Shown one piece after another: positions 40,945 to 51,326 of a stretch of DNA of 64,000 nt (position 1 is its first letter; each line of letters opens with the position of its first letter). The notes under the pieces were generated by a model. The model did no database searches and was not told the DNA's origin. It saw only the letters and a program-made list of their open reading frames with translations. The translations under genes and the position numbers were made by a program. This DNA comes from an uncultured bacterium (GTDB lineage Bacteria; Planctomycetota; UBA1135; GCA-002686595), in assembly GCA_943787795.1 (NCBI GenBank), contig CALSNU010000004.1, positions 480,001-544,000 of the forward strand, written 5' to 3'.

Positions 40945-41007
40945 GTCGAATGGGTGCAGGCGCGCGTGAGGCCCGTAGGGGGGATCAGAGCGGAGACAGT
41001 GCGGGGA

Positions 41008-42123
41008 TCAGAGCGGGAACTCGCCGTCGCCGGCATCAGCCTCGCCGCGGCGCTGGGAAAGGTCGAAGAGGAACTCGCCCTGCTTGCGGATGTGAGCGGG
41101 GACCTCCGCGAAGACGTCGCTGAAGATGGTCTCGAGCCCCGGCGCGGCGGTCACCTCGGCAGCCTTGGCCGCGCGGTCGATCTCCGCCAGGGTGTCGGCG
41201 CGCATCGCCTCGTTCTGCTCGGCGTTCAGGAGCCCCTTGCGCTCCAGGAAGCGGCGGAAGCGGTCGACGGGATCCTTCTGCTTCCACTCCTCCACGAGCT
41301 CGGCGGGGACGTACTTGGTGGGATCATCGGAGGTCGAGTGCCCGCCCATCCGGAACGTCACGGCCTCGATCAGGGTCGGCCCCTCCCCGCGGCGGGCGCG
41401 CTCGGAGGCCTCTAGCACCGCCTGGCGGACCGCGAAGAGGTCGTTGCCGTCCACCGTGGCGTGGGGCATCCCGTAGGCCTCGGCCTTGACCGCGTAGCCG
41501 TCGCTCGCCGTCTGCTGATCCGACGGGCACGAGATGGCGTAACCATTGTTCTGGCACAGGAAGACCACCGGGGACTTCCAGACGGCGGCGAAGTTCAAGC
41601 CGCTATGGAAGCCGAGGCTGGAGGTGCCGCCGTCGCCGAAGCTGACGAGGTGGACGGTGTCTTCGCCGCGCAGCTTGGAGGCGTGCGCAGCACCCACGGC
41701 GTGGGGCAGGTGCGTGCCGATCGGCGAGCTGATGCTGTAGAAGTGGATCGGCTCGACGAAGGAGAAGTGCACGGGCATCTGGCGGCCCTTCGCGCTGTCC
41801 TCGGCGTTGCCGAACATGTTGTGCATCATCTCCACGGCCGGGATGCCGTGATAGAGCGCCATGCCGAAGTCCCGATAGCTCGGGAAGATCCAGTCCGTCT
41901 TGCGGAGCGCGCTCGCGGCCCCCACCTGGGTGGCCTCGATGCCGAGGTTCGGGATCGAGAAGCCGATCCGACCAGCGCGCTGGAGCTTCAGGCAGATCTC
42001 ATCGAAGGATCGAACGAGGAGCATCGTGCGATAGCAGTGCAGGAGCTCCTCATCGGGGAGGCCGGCCTCGAAGCCCTTCTTCGTGGCGCCATCGGGCGCC
42101 AATACGGTGAGCATGTCAGTCAT
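41008..42123 (-). CDS. 2-oxo-acid dehydrogenase E1 alpha subunit (branched-chain/pyruvate type), first paralogue
   Basis: GRQMPVHF; GDGGTS...NN; RMGGHSTSDDP. Confidence 0.95.
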   Translation of the reverse strand: MTDMLTVLAPDGATKKGFEAGLPDEELLHCYRTMLLVRSFDEICLKLQRAGRIGFSIPNLGIEATQVGAASALRKTDWIFPSYRDFGMALYHGIPAVEMMHNMFGNAEDSAKGRQMPVHFSFVEPIHFYSISSPIGTHLPHAVGAAHASKLRGEDTVHLVSFGDGGTSSLGFHSGLNFAAVWKSPVVFLCQNNGYAISCPSDQQTASDGYAVKAEAYGMPHATVDGNDLFAVRQAVLEASERARRGEGPTLIEAVTFRMGGHSTSDDPTKYVPAELVEEWKQKDPVDRFRRFLERKGLLNAEQNEAMRADTLAEIDRAAKAAEVTAAPGLETIFSDVFAEVPAHIRKQGEFLFDLSQRRGEADAGDGEFPL

Positions 42124-42152
42124 GGTCGTTGCTTGAGGCAGGGGGGCGGCGG

Positions 42153-43118
42153 TCAGGCCTTGCGGCCTCGGCGCGCGTTCACGAGGCGCGCCGCGAAGAA
42201 CTCTCCGGCCTTGTAGCTAGAGCGGACGAGCGGGCCAGACGCCACGTAGAGAAAGCCCATGGCCCGGGCCTCGACTTCCAGCTCCTTGAAGCGCTCCGGG
42301 GTCACGTAGTCGCGGACCGGGGCGTGGTTGGGGGAAGGCCGCAGGTACTGCCCGAGGGTCAGGAAGTCGACGCCGGCCTCCCGCAGCAGGCCGATCGCGT
42401 CCTCGAGCTCGGCGTGGGACTCACCGAGACCGACCATGAGGGAGGACTTGGTGAAGGCGTCGGGGTCGTGATCCTTGGCCTGGCGGAGGACATCCAACGA
42501 GCGTTCGTAGCTACAGCGCGGGTCGCGAATCTTGCGCTGGAGGCGAGGCACCACCTCCACGTTGTGCGCCAGGACGTCCGGGCGCGCCGCCATGAGGGTC
42601 TCGAGCTGCGTGTCCACGTAGTCAGGAATCAGCACCTCGACCACCGTTCGATCCGCGTGGGCGCGAATGGAGCGAATGCACTCGGCGTAGTGGCCCGACC
42701 CGCCGTCCGGGAGATCGTCGCGGTCCACGCTCGTCAGGACCACGTAGTCGAGCTCCATCTCACCGATGGCGCGGCCGACGTGCTCGGGTTCGTCGGGGTC
42801 GGGCGGCGCGGCGCGGTCCACGGTCTTCACCGCGCAGAAGCGGCAGCGCCGGGTGCACTCATCCCCCAGCACCATGATCGTCATGGTCGCGTGGTCGCCC
42901 TTCCAGCACTCCCCGATGTTCGGGCAGCGCGCCTCCTCACAGACCGTGTTGAGCTTCAGATCCTTGGTCAGGCTCTTCAGCTTGCTGTAGCCCTCGCCGC
43001 CCGGGAGGGGGACCTTGAGCCACGGAGGCTTGGGCGAACGCCGGCGCTTGCCCTCTGCGGCGCCCTTTGGCGACGAGAAGTCAGCTTGGCTGGGGGTCTT
43101 GGGTTCGAGAGACGTCAT
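42153..43118 (-). CDS. lipA: lipoyl synthase LipA
   Basis: CEEARCPNIGEC, CTRRCRFC and VRSSY. Confidence 0.97.
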   Translation of the reverse strand: MTSLEPKTPSQADFSSPKGAAEGKRRRSPKPPWLKVPLPGGEGYSKLKSLTKDLKLNTVCEEARCPNIGECWKGDHATMTIMVLGDECTRRCRFCAVKTVDRAAPPDPDEPEHVGRAIGEMELDYVVLTSVDRDDLPDGGSGHYAECIRSIRAHADRTVVEVLIPDYVDTQLETLMAARPDVLAHNVEVVPRLQRKIRDPRCSYERSLDVLRQAKDHDPDAFTKSSLMVGLGESHAELEDAIGLLREAGVDFLTLGQYLRPSPNHAPVRDYVTPERFKELEVEARAMGFLYVASGPLVRSSYKAGEFFAARLVNARRGRKA

Positions 43119-43141
43119 CCGAGCAGAGAATTGGGCGCGAG

Positions 43142-43187
43142 AGAATAGCAGAAGGGGCGGCCCTCCGTCGGAGGGCGCCCCCCTCTG
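43142..43187 (-). promoter_or_regulatory. hairpin (probable terminator of the cytochrome operon) abutting an extended -10-like TGCTATTCT upstream of lipA
   Basis: Minus strand AGAGGGGGCGCCCTCCGACGGAGGGCCGCCCCTTCTGCTATTCT. Confidence 0.45.
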
Positions 43188-43268
43188 TCGCACCTGCGCG
43201 CCGCGGAATCGACCCCCGGATCGCAATCAAAGCCCCGGGGGCCTCCAGACGGGTCGCGAGGCGCGCTC

Positions 43269-46200
43269 TCAGCGCCGACTGCGGCGCTCCAGGAGGGTCC
43301 AGACCACGCTCGAGACCTCGTCCGCCTCGACCTTGCCACTCCCGTCCAGGTCCCAGCGCGTGAGGAAGTCGTCCGGACCGGACTCCACCCCCCACCTGAG
43401 CAGCACCGCCTCCGCTCGCTGGAGCTCATCGGGCTCCACGATCGAGGAGCGGTCCACGTCCAGCTGGGCGAAGAGGAGCGGCCGACGGCGGAGCTCTCGC
43501 TTGGTGAGCTGGCCGTCCTCATCCGCATCGAGCCCCGCGCTGATGGTCTCCACCGTGGACCCGGGCGGGAGGTCCATCTGGGGCCCGCGGCGGCGGGAGG
43601 GCCACTCGATGTCCTTGGGGACCTCGCCCCGAGCCCGGCGGCTGGCGAAGCGGGTCGGGTCGAGCTGACAGAAGCCGTCGTCGTCCCGGTCGAGCAGGCG
43701 CCAGTCCTCATCCCGCAGGGTGAACTCCCGCGGGCCGATGGAGCCTCCCCCGGATCGGTCGAGGGCCTCAAAGCGCTCGAGGCCAGCCCGGTCCCCGAAC
43801 CGGAGCTCCCGCAGGGGCCCGGGGTGCCTCGAGAGTTCGTGGAGATCCAGGCGCTTGCTGCCGTCGAGGTCCAGAGCCCCGAACACCGCGCGCTCTGCCT
43901 CCTTGCGGTCCAGCCGGCCGTCCTTCTTGCGCTCGAACTCGAACGGGTCGATCCCGTCCAGGAGGCGAGAGAGATCACCATCAGGGCTCACTCGCTCCTC
44001 CGGGTCGACGATCGGCTCGGCCTCGAGCACCGCGCTCCCGCCGTAGTCCTCGGCGGCCTTCGCGAGCTCCGCCAGGGTCACCCGTCCGTCTCCATCAAGG
44101 TCCGCGCTCGCCCCCCCCACCTTGTCCATTTCTGGCCCCACCAGGAGACCACTGCGGTCCGCGTCCGCGTGACCGAACAGGCTCCGGGCGGAGGCGGCCG
44201 CGGCGATCGACTCCTGGGCATAGGGACCCAGGGTCCCCAGCACGTCCCCCGCGACGCCCAGCAGGTTCGCGATCTCGGACCGCATCAACCACCTGGACTC
44301 AGGGTGGCTCACGTCCTTCAGCCGGCGCCCGTCCTCATCGAGCATCTTGTCGAGCGGGAATCGCTCGGCGCGGAGGACGTACCCCTCCTGGAGGCCGAGG
44401 ACCCGACCGAGCATCACCGGCTCGGCGCTGTTGGTCACGTCATTGACGATGACACCATCCTCGCCCGGGACGAAGGCGTACTTGCGGAGGAAGGGCGGCG
44501 TGTACCACTCTCCGATCTCCAGCAGGTCCGACGCGCCTCCGGAGGGCGTGATGGACACCTGCTCCTGGGATGCCGGATCGGTCACGTCGACCACCCGCAG
44601 GAAGGAGTCCTGCTGCCCGTTGTTCTGGGTGCGCTCCTCCACGAAGTACATGTAGTCCCGCTCGCGCGTGCGGCCCCCACCCTGGGGCGAGGCGAGGTCC
44701 ACGTGACTTCGGAGCACCACGCTGTGGTAGACCGCATTGCCGCGGCGACGCTCTGCGGCGCCCGGCCGGCGGCGCTCGGACTCGATCAACTCGAGGTGAG
44801 CGGGCTCGGTGGCGTCGATCAGGATCGGCCCAGACTCCTCGTCACAGATCGTCACCAGGCGACGGGCCAGGGTCCGTTCGTCAGACGGCTGCCCCTCCTC
44901 GTCCACCATCGGCCTGCTGAACTGGAACATGACGTCGACGTCCACCGCCCCCGCTCCGCCCCCGTCCAGCGCGAGCCCGCCGATGACCCGCGGCTTCACG
45001 GGCAGGCGAACGTCGACGACGATCAGCCCCCCTGGCCCGTCGGCCACGTACGCATAGGGCCAGCGGATCTCGATGTCGTGGGCGTCAATCGTGGGCAGGG
45101 CCGCCACCAGGTCAAGCTCGCCAGGTTCACTCACGTCGAAGACCTTCACGCCCCCGACCCCGTCAGCGACCCAGAGGTGTGAGCCCGCGAGCGCGAGGCC
45201 TCGCGGGGAGACCGTCATGTGGAAGTCTGTTCGCCGCGGCGACCTGAGATCACTGACGTCGATCGCGTGAATCCCCCGCTTGCCCTCGGACACGTACACG
45301 TGGTGCGCGTGCCCGTGCAAGGGGTCCGTGGCCAGCTCCAGATCCACGATGTCCGGCAAGACAAAGCGCCCGAGCGGCGCGCTCTGCTCGGGGTTCTCGC
45401 GGTCGAAGCCCACGATCTCCAGCCCCCGCCGATCCGCTGCCACGACCACCTGACGGCCGAGCTGGAAGTTGTTCGAGCCCATCCCCCACGTCTCCGAGGC
45501 CCTGTGGCACTCGGCGCACGACCGCGCCGTGGGCCGCGTCGAGTGGAGCTGATGGTGGATCATCGTCAGCCCAGAGAGCCCGTTGGAGGTCACCGGGAAC
45601 TCCTGATCCAGGATGCGCTTCCCGTCGGCGTCGTCCACGGTCCCCATGGTGGAGAAGCCCGTCAGGTAGGGCGCGACGCGGCCGCGCTCGTCCAGGCCGG
45701 CGTAGAAGCTCTTCCACGTGGTGAACACCTTCTCCTGCGTGGTCACCCGCCCCGGAGTGCGCTGGCCAGACAGCAGGTCGAGCTGGGTCAGGGCCTCGTT
45801 GCGGTAGAAGTGAAAGCCGAGGAAGTTCACGTTCCAGCCGCCGTGGCAGGTGTAGCAGGCGACGTTCCCGTGATCCGAGGTCATGGCCAGCTGCGCCTCG
45901 GGGTTGTAGTCCTCGTGACCGATGTCGATCACGTTGACCGCCTGCTTGATGCGGTGCTCCTCACCCGTGACCTTGCTCCGCATCCAGACCTCACCGTCGC
46001 GCTCGAAGAGGTGCTTCAGGCGAGTGCCGCGCTCGGTCCGCATCGTCGCCCGCTCCGCGATGGATCCGTGGCAGGCCTCGCATGAGATGTCGGTGGCCTC
46101 CTCCATCTTCGAGAGGAGACGCCCGTCCCCCATCACGCCGTCGAGCGTGTGGCAATCCACGCAGTGCAGCCCCGAGGCGTGGTGAACGTCCGGCGGCGTG

Positions 46201-47179
46201 ACCTCGGGGTCGTTCACGAAGAAGGCCCGGTGCAGGAGGCTGTCGGTGGTGCCCGGGATCTCCGGCCCCCCAGGCGCCCCCGGGGGCAGCTGCGAGAGTC
46301 CCCGGAAGTGCAGGCCGATGGACGCGTCCCCGTAGTGGCAGGTGGTGCAGGTCTCCGTCGGGGGCGCGGTGAGCATGGTGTGAGCCCGTGGGTGCCCGGG
46401 CTCGACGCGCTTCGCGGTCCGGTCCGCGGACTCGCTCAGACCATCCTCGCGGTAGGGCACGTGGCATGCCGCGCACCCCCGCTCCGCGATACTCGCCATC
46501 GAACCCCACCCGACCGCGCAGCGCCCGGCCCTGGGACCACAGGTGGCACTGCATGCACTCCTTGCGGACCAGGTCCGGGAAGTGGGAGGCCAGGTCGCCC
46601 TGCTCGTCCGACGCGTCGAACTTCGGCGGCTGGAGCAGCCGCTCGATGGTGCTCCCCTCGACGCCCCTCGGCGCCGACACCGGGAACACCGAGTAGCGCG
46701 AGTCCTTGTCGTCCTGGATGCCGTTCTCGAAGAAGCCGTCCGAGAGGTGCGCCGCCGTGGTGCCGTGGAGCGACACCATCAGGTGATCGATGAGCTCCCC
46801 GTGGCAGTCCCCGCAGACCCGCTCGGCCACCCTCAGGTCCATCGGGTTGATGAAGCGCAGGTACGCCAGGTCGTGGTTCTCGGGCAGGACCCGCTCGTTG
46901 GTCTGCACCGGGGCCGTCGGCTGCACGTGCGCCACGACCTTCTCGCGCGCCTGACCGTCCCCCGCCGTGGCACTCCACGCAGGAGAGCGAGAAGCCGGGG
47001 TGCATGTCCTCGATGCCCTCGTGGCACTTCATGCAGCCCTCCGAGTCCGCCGACACGGGCGCCGCCACCACGACAGGGGCCCCCAGGATCGGAGCCGCGC
47101 CGCGGTCGCCTGACGCGAACGCTCCGCCGACGATCGAGGCCAGGAGCAGGGCGATCGGAGCCGCCGCTCGGAGGGACAT
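43269..47179 (-). CDS. secreted decaheme cytochrome c with LVIVD-like repeats and EF-hand-like motifs (~1300 aa; two +1 errors at ~46961 and ~46478)
   Basis: Signal peptide; 10 CxxCH over three joined frames; YAYVADG..GL.VVDV repeats; about nine DxDxDG-like loops. Confidence 0.88.
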
Positions 47180-48333
47180 CAGGCGTAGATCTCCCGTAGC
47201 ACCGAGCCCTTGGCATGACGCGGGTCCGCGCCGAAGAGGTCGGCGATCGTCGGCATCACGTCGATGGTCCGACGGTCATCAGTGACCACCTTGCCGCGCT
47301 TGAAGTCCGGCCCCCACGCCACGCCATGAACGAAGCGGAGGTCATCGGAGCCGTCACCGTGGTCGAGGCCTCGACGCGAGTTCAGGTCCGCATCACGCCC
47401 GAACTCGGGGAGCACCACCACGGCCGTCGAGTCCCGGAGGGTCTCGTCCCCGCGGATCGCCGCCACGAGCTCTCCGATCGCCGCATCATTGCGCCGGATG
47501 ACCTCGGTATAGCCGTTGAACGAGCCGTGCGCGATGTCGGCCTGCTGCAGCACCACGCCGATCATCCTCGGCCGGAAGACGGACAGGAGGTTCCTGGCGA
47601 GCTGAATGGCCTTGGCGTCGCCGGCGCCGGCGCCGGTCATCCCGGTGACACCACGTCCAAGCTCTTCGAGGATGTACTGCTCGACCCGCGCGCGCGACTT
47701 CTCCGCAGCGGACGGCGGGGCTCCTCCCCGCAGCACACGACGAAGCTCGGCGACTCGCTCGGCGTCGGAGCCAGCCAGGGGTCGCGGGGTCCCCAGCTTG
47801 GACACGATCCCCTTGAACTCCTCGTTGAAGATCCCGTCCCCGTCCAACGTGGTCGCCCCGTACTTCTGCCCGTAGTCCCGGTGGAGCCCGTAGGCGTAGT
47901 TGACCTGCTGTGCCCCCCCCGAGGTGGTGACCCAGACATCGCTCGCCGCGAGCCCGAGGTCCTTCCGGACGTACTCGAACAAGGTCGGGTCTGGCGCTCG
48001 GCTGTTGTCCCTGATGCCACGGGCCTCCGAGATCCCGGTCACGATGGACATGGACGCTCCAAAGTGGCCGAGGTTGGCCGTCCTCAGACGAGTGAAGAGG
48101 ACGCCCTCATCCGCAAGCTGTACGAGGTTCGGGATCTGCTTGGGGGAGCCGAAGGTCTCCCGACTGCGCACGCCCCCCGCCATGATCACGAGCACGACGT
48201 GCTTCGTCTTGTAGCCGGGGCGAATCGGCCCTATCGCGGACGCGAGGGGCGATGACAGCCCCAGAGCGCCAGCGCCGGCGGCGGCGCGGAGGAGATCGCG
48301 ACGGGAGGGGTGAAGGTGGTCGAGGATGCTCAT
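47179..48333 (-). CDS. Tat-exported DUF1501-like (alkaline phosphatase superfamily) protein
   Basis: SRRDLLR twin-arginine signal; VLVIMAGG; PEFGRD...GLDHG. Confidence 0.78.
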   Translation of the reverse strand: MSILDHLHPSRRDLLRAAAGAGALGLSSPLASAIGPIRPGYKTKHVVLVIMAGGVRSRETFGSPKQIPNLVQLADEGVLFTRLRTANLGHFGASMSIVTGISEARGIRDNSRAPDPTLFEYVRKDLGLAASDVWVTTSGGAQQVNYAYGLHRDYGQKYGATTLDGDGIFNEEFKGIVSKLGTPRPLAGSDAERVAELRRVLRGGAPPSAAEKSRARVEQYILEELGRGVTGMTGAGAGDAKAIQLARNLLSVFRPRMIGVVLQQADIAHGSFNGYTEVIRRNDAAIGELVAAIRGDETLRDSTAVVVLPEFGRDADLNSRRGLDHGDGSDDLRFVHGVAWGPDFKRGKVVTDDRRTIDVMPTIADLFGADPRHAKGSVLREIYA

Positions 48334-49385
48334 GATGACTCGTACTCCGGACTGCTCAGGAGCGTGTAAAGGACGAGGGTGGGACCGTCCCCTGTTTCAG
48401 ATGCGACGCGGGAGAAGGCGACCTTCTCGTCCCCGGTCGGCGCGCGACCGAGGAGCCGCTGAAAGACGTCCTCGACCCAGGCTCCTGCGTCCCCGAGTTC
48501 GGGACCGCGCGGAGCCCTCGTCCCGTCAGCCTCGAGCAGCATCCGGGCGATGGTCGACCGCAGGGGCGCGGGATCGCCGAGGCCATCAAGGGCGCTCCTG
48601 AGCGCCTCGGTCGTCGCGCCGCTGGGCGGCGCCCCGCCGAGGTCCACGTGGACCGCTCGGACCCAGGTGCGATTGGACATGGGCGCGCCCCTCGCCACGC
48701 GCTCGGCGTAGGCCTCGGAGTTCATCCACTCCTTGGCGAGGTCCGGGTAGGCGCCAGGCTCCCTGTGGAGCCGCTTCCCGGCCCGTGCACGGTCGCGCTT
48801 GGACATCGGCGCCCTGGTCAGCCGTTCGTACTCGCGCCCCACGAGGAAGCGCGCCGCATTCTTGTGGCCTGCCGCGACCTCCACCACGTCCGACTGGCTC
48901 TTTGCCCGGCTGCCCATGAAGACCCCCGCACGCCCGTCGTAGGCCCCCTTGCCGATCTCGAGCTCTCGCCTCGAAGACTGCACCTCGACCCCACAGAACT
49001 GCTCCATGACCACCGTGACGAACGTATCGGCCCCCGGGTTCCGGAGGTCGAAGCTCGTGGAGAGACCGATGCGATGCAGGGCCTCTCCCGCGGTCAGAGT
49101 GCCCTTCTGGAGCCTCTCGGGGAGCTCGTCCAGGGAGGTCCCCACCGGCCGGAACTGATCGATCAGCATGAAGAAGTACAGCTGCTCGTCGAGCCAGTGC
49201 CCCCACGTGAGCTCGAGGCCCCAGAGCTCGTCCAGGACATCCGCCAGCGGCTGGCCCAGCCAGCGCTCGCGCTCGGGGGCGAGCGGCGGGCGGCCGAGGA
49301 GGTCGATGCTGATGGCACGCAGCCAGCGGTCGTCAATCGCCGTGGCAGGGTCCAGCTCGGACTCAGCTCGTTGGGGTGAAGGCAT
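48330..49385 (-). CDS. DUF1549/DUF1553-like planctomycete protein
   Basis: DDRWLRAISIDLLGRPP; internal WVRAVHVDLGGAPP; C-terminal FQRLLGRAPT...LLSSPEY. Confidence 0.65.
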   Translation of the reverse strand: MPSPQRAESELDPATAIDDRWLRAISIDLLGRPPLAPERERWLGQPLADVLDELWGLELTWGHWLDEQLYFFMLIDQFRPVGTSLDELPERLQKGTLTAGEALHRIGLSTSFDLRNPGADTFVTVVMEQFCGVEVQSSRRELEIGKGAYDGRAGVFMGSRAKSQSDVVEVAAGHKNAARFLVGREYERLTRAPMSKRDRARAGKRLHREPGAYPDLAKEWMNSEAYAERVARGAPMSNRTWVRAVHVDLGGAPPSGATTEALRSALDGLGDPAPLRSTIARMLLEADGTRAPRGPELGDAGAWVEDVFQRLLGRAPTGDEKVAFSRVASETGDGPTLVLYTLLSSPEYESS

Positions 49386-49541
49386 GGAGGGCACGATGGT
49401 GAAGCGGCCGCTTAGGCCCGCCTCCATCCTAGGGGGCGGGGTTCATTTTTAGCGGGCAGATCCCCCGCGGCCATCTCCCTGGCGACCGAGCCGGCCTCCA
49501 GCCTCGACTCATGGCCCAACTCGAGGCCACCTTACAGGCTC

Positions 49542-49578
49542 GCGGCCGCCGCCCTCGCTGACGGAGAGCGGCGGCCGC
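49542..49578 (-). terminator. hairpin downstream of the sigma factor gene
   Basis: GCGGCCGCCGC...GCGGCGGCCGC inverted repeat. Confidence 0.5.
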
Positions 49579-49638
49579 GCAGGCGCCGGGCCGGATCGGC
49601 CCCAGGGGTTAGGCCCTCGGGTAGGACCTCAGACGACC

Positions 49639-50809
49639 TCACAGGAAGGGATCAATCGCCTTGCGCAGGTTCGGGGTCTTCATCTTCGAGATGGCACGCA
49701 CCTGAATCTGGCGGATCCGCTCCAGGCTGACCCCGAGCTTCGCCGCGACCTCGCTGAGCGTGTGCTCTCGCTGCTGATTGATCCCGAAGCGCAGCTCGAT
49801 CACGAACCGCTCCCGCTCCGAGAGGCGATCCATGGCGTCATGGATGCCCTCCTCCAGGGTGATGTCCTCCATCCCGGTGGAATAAACCGTCCCCTCGTCC
49901 GCCTGGCCGAGCACCTCGGCGAGGCCGCCAGAGGCGTCGTCACCCGAGCTGAACGGGGAGTCGATCGAGAGCGTCGAGCGGCTCGCAGCGAGCGCGCTCT
50001 CCACGAGGTGCTCCCCGAGATCGGCCTCCTTCGCGATCGCCGAGATCGGCGCATCAGGGCCGAGCTTGTCCACCGCGGCTCGGACGTGCTTCATGGCCTT
50101 CTGCAGGTAAACGGGGACGCGAACCGTCTGACCGTTGTTGTAGAGGTAGCTGCGGTAGGCTTGGTTGAGCCAGTGCACGGCGTAGGTGCGGAAGAGGAGG
50201 CCCGCGCTTCCAATCGAAGCCGTCCACCGCCCTGAAGAGCGCCGCTGAACCCTCCTGGATCAGGTCAAGACGGGACACTCCGAGGTGGGCGTACCTCTCG
50301 ACGTTGATGATCGCGAGGTACAGGTTCCGCTCGACGAGCTCGGTCCGCATGTGATGCAGCTCGAGCCAGCGCCGGCAAACGTCATCCGGCAGCGAGCACG
50401 CGGCTGACTCCACCTCGCGATAGGTGGCGGGGTCGTACGTGATCTTCCCGTCGATATCGTCACCCGACAGCCCGGCTGACTTGAGGGCGTGCTCGAGGCG
50501 GAACTGCGCGAACTCGATGCGGCGAGCGTGACGCGCTTCCTCCACTCGGTCCATGATCGTCAGTTGATCGATCTCAGCTCGGAGCTGCTCCTCGATCGAC
50601 GCCACGCCGCCGCGCGGCGAGTCGTCTCCACCTTCGGTCTCCGGCTTGCGCCAGGCGGCCGGATCGCGAAGTTCGATGTCGAACTTCTGACGGTTCCAGT
50701 CCTGGCCGCGGCGCTTCGCCTTGGAAGCGAAGCCCTCCGGCTCTTCGGCGTAGCGGTCGAGAATGCGGTCGAGCTCTTCGAGGCTCTTGAGTGATCGAGT
50801 GACGGTCAT
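49639..50809 (-). CDS. sigma-70 family (RpoD/RpoS-like) RNA polymerase sigma factor; +1 error at ~50202
   Basis: NLYL...DLIQEG...AVDGFDWKRG-L-FRTYAVHWLNQA; region 4 TLSEVAAKLGVSLERIRQIQ. Confidence 0.9.
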
Positions 50810-51242
50810 GGTCGTTCTCCGGGGCTGCCCCGCGCGAGGCCTGAAGCGCGCCTGCTTGACGCGCGTCAGGTTGGTCGGTTGGGAGGGGCCCGTCTTTCAG
50901 GTTGGGAGCCGTCCGCGCCGCGACCTGCGACAGCGAGGACTCCCTCGGGCAAAAGCCAGTACGAGCGCCGTGCCGAATCCTTTTCTCCGACTTCCCCGGG
51001 GGGGATAAGGGCCGTATCGCCTTCCGCGCCGTTCTTCGCCTGCTGTACGCCACATGACGCCGAATAGTTGGGTTCTTGTGCGGCGAAAGAGAGTGATCGG
51101 CGGGGCTTATGACCCCTCCTCCTGCCTGTTGCAGAGGGCCTCGATACCAGAGGCTTACTGCGCTCCCCGAGCCGCGGTAAGCGCGTCCGCTGCCATCCGG
51201 GCAGGAGCGGCTCCCGGAGCGAGAAAACACGCGCCAAAAGGG

Positions 51243-51278
51243 CAGCGGCCGCCCCCCAGATGTGGGGAGCGGCCGCTG
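51243..51278 (-). terminator. intrinsic terminator after the acyl-CoA dehydrogenase gene
   Basis: CAGCGGCCGC..CCCC/GGGG..GCGGCCGCTG stem, followed by CCCTTTTG on the minus strand. Confidence 0.65.
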
Positions 51279-51326
51279 TGGGGTCAAGGCCAGCGGTGAG
51301 TCGTCGCGCGACCCTCCGCCATGGCG

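Noticed and set aside
46436..47179. Programmed frameshifting or phase variation in the cytochrome gene
   Set aside because: Runs are only G5 and the same +1 pattern affects unrelated genes, so sequencing error is more parsimonious
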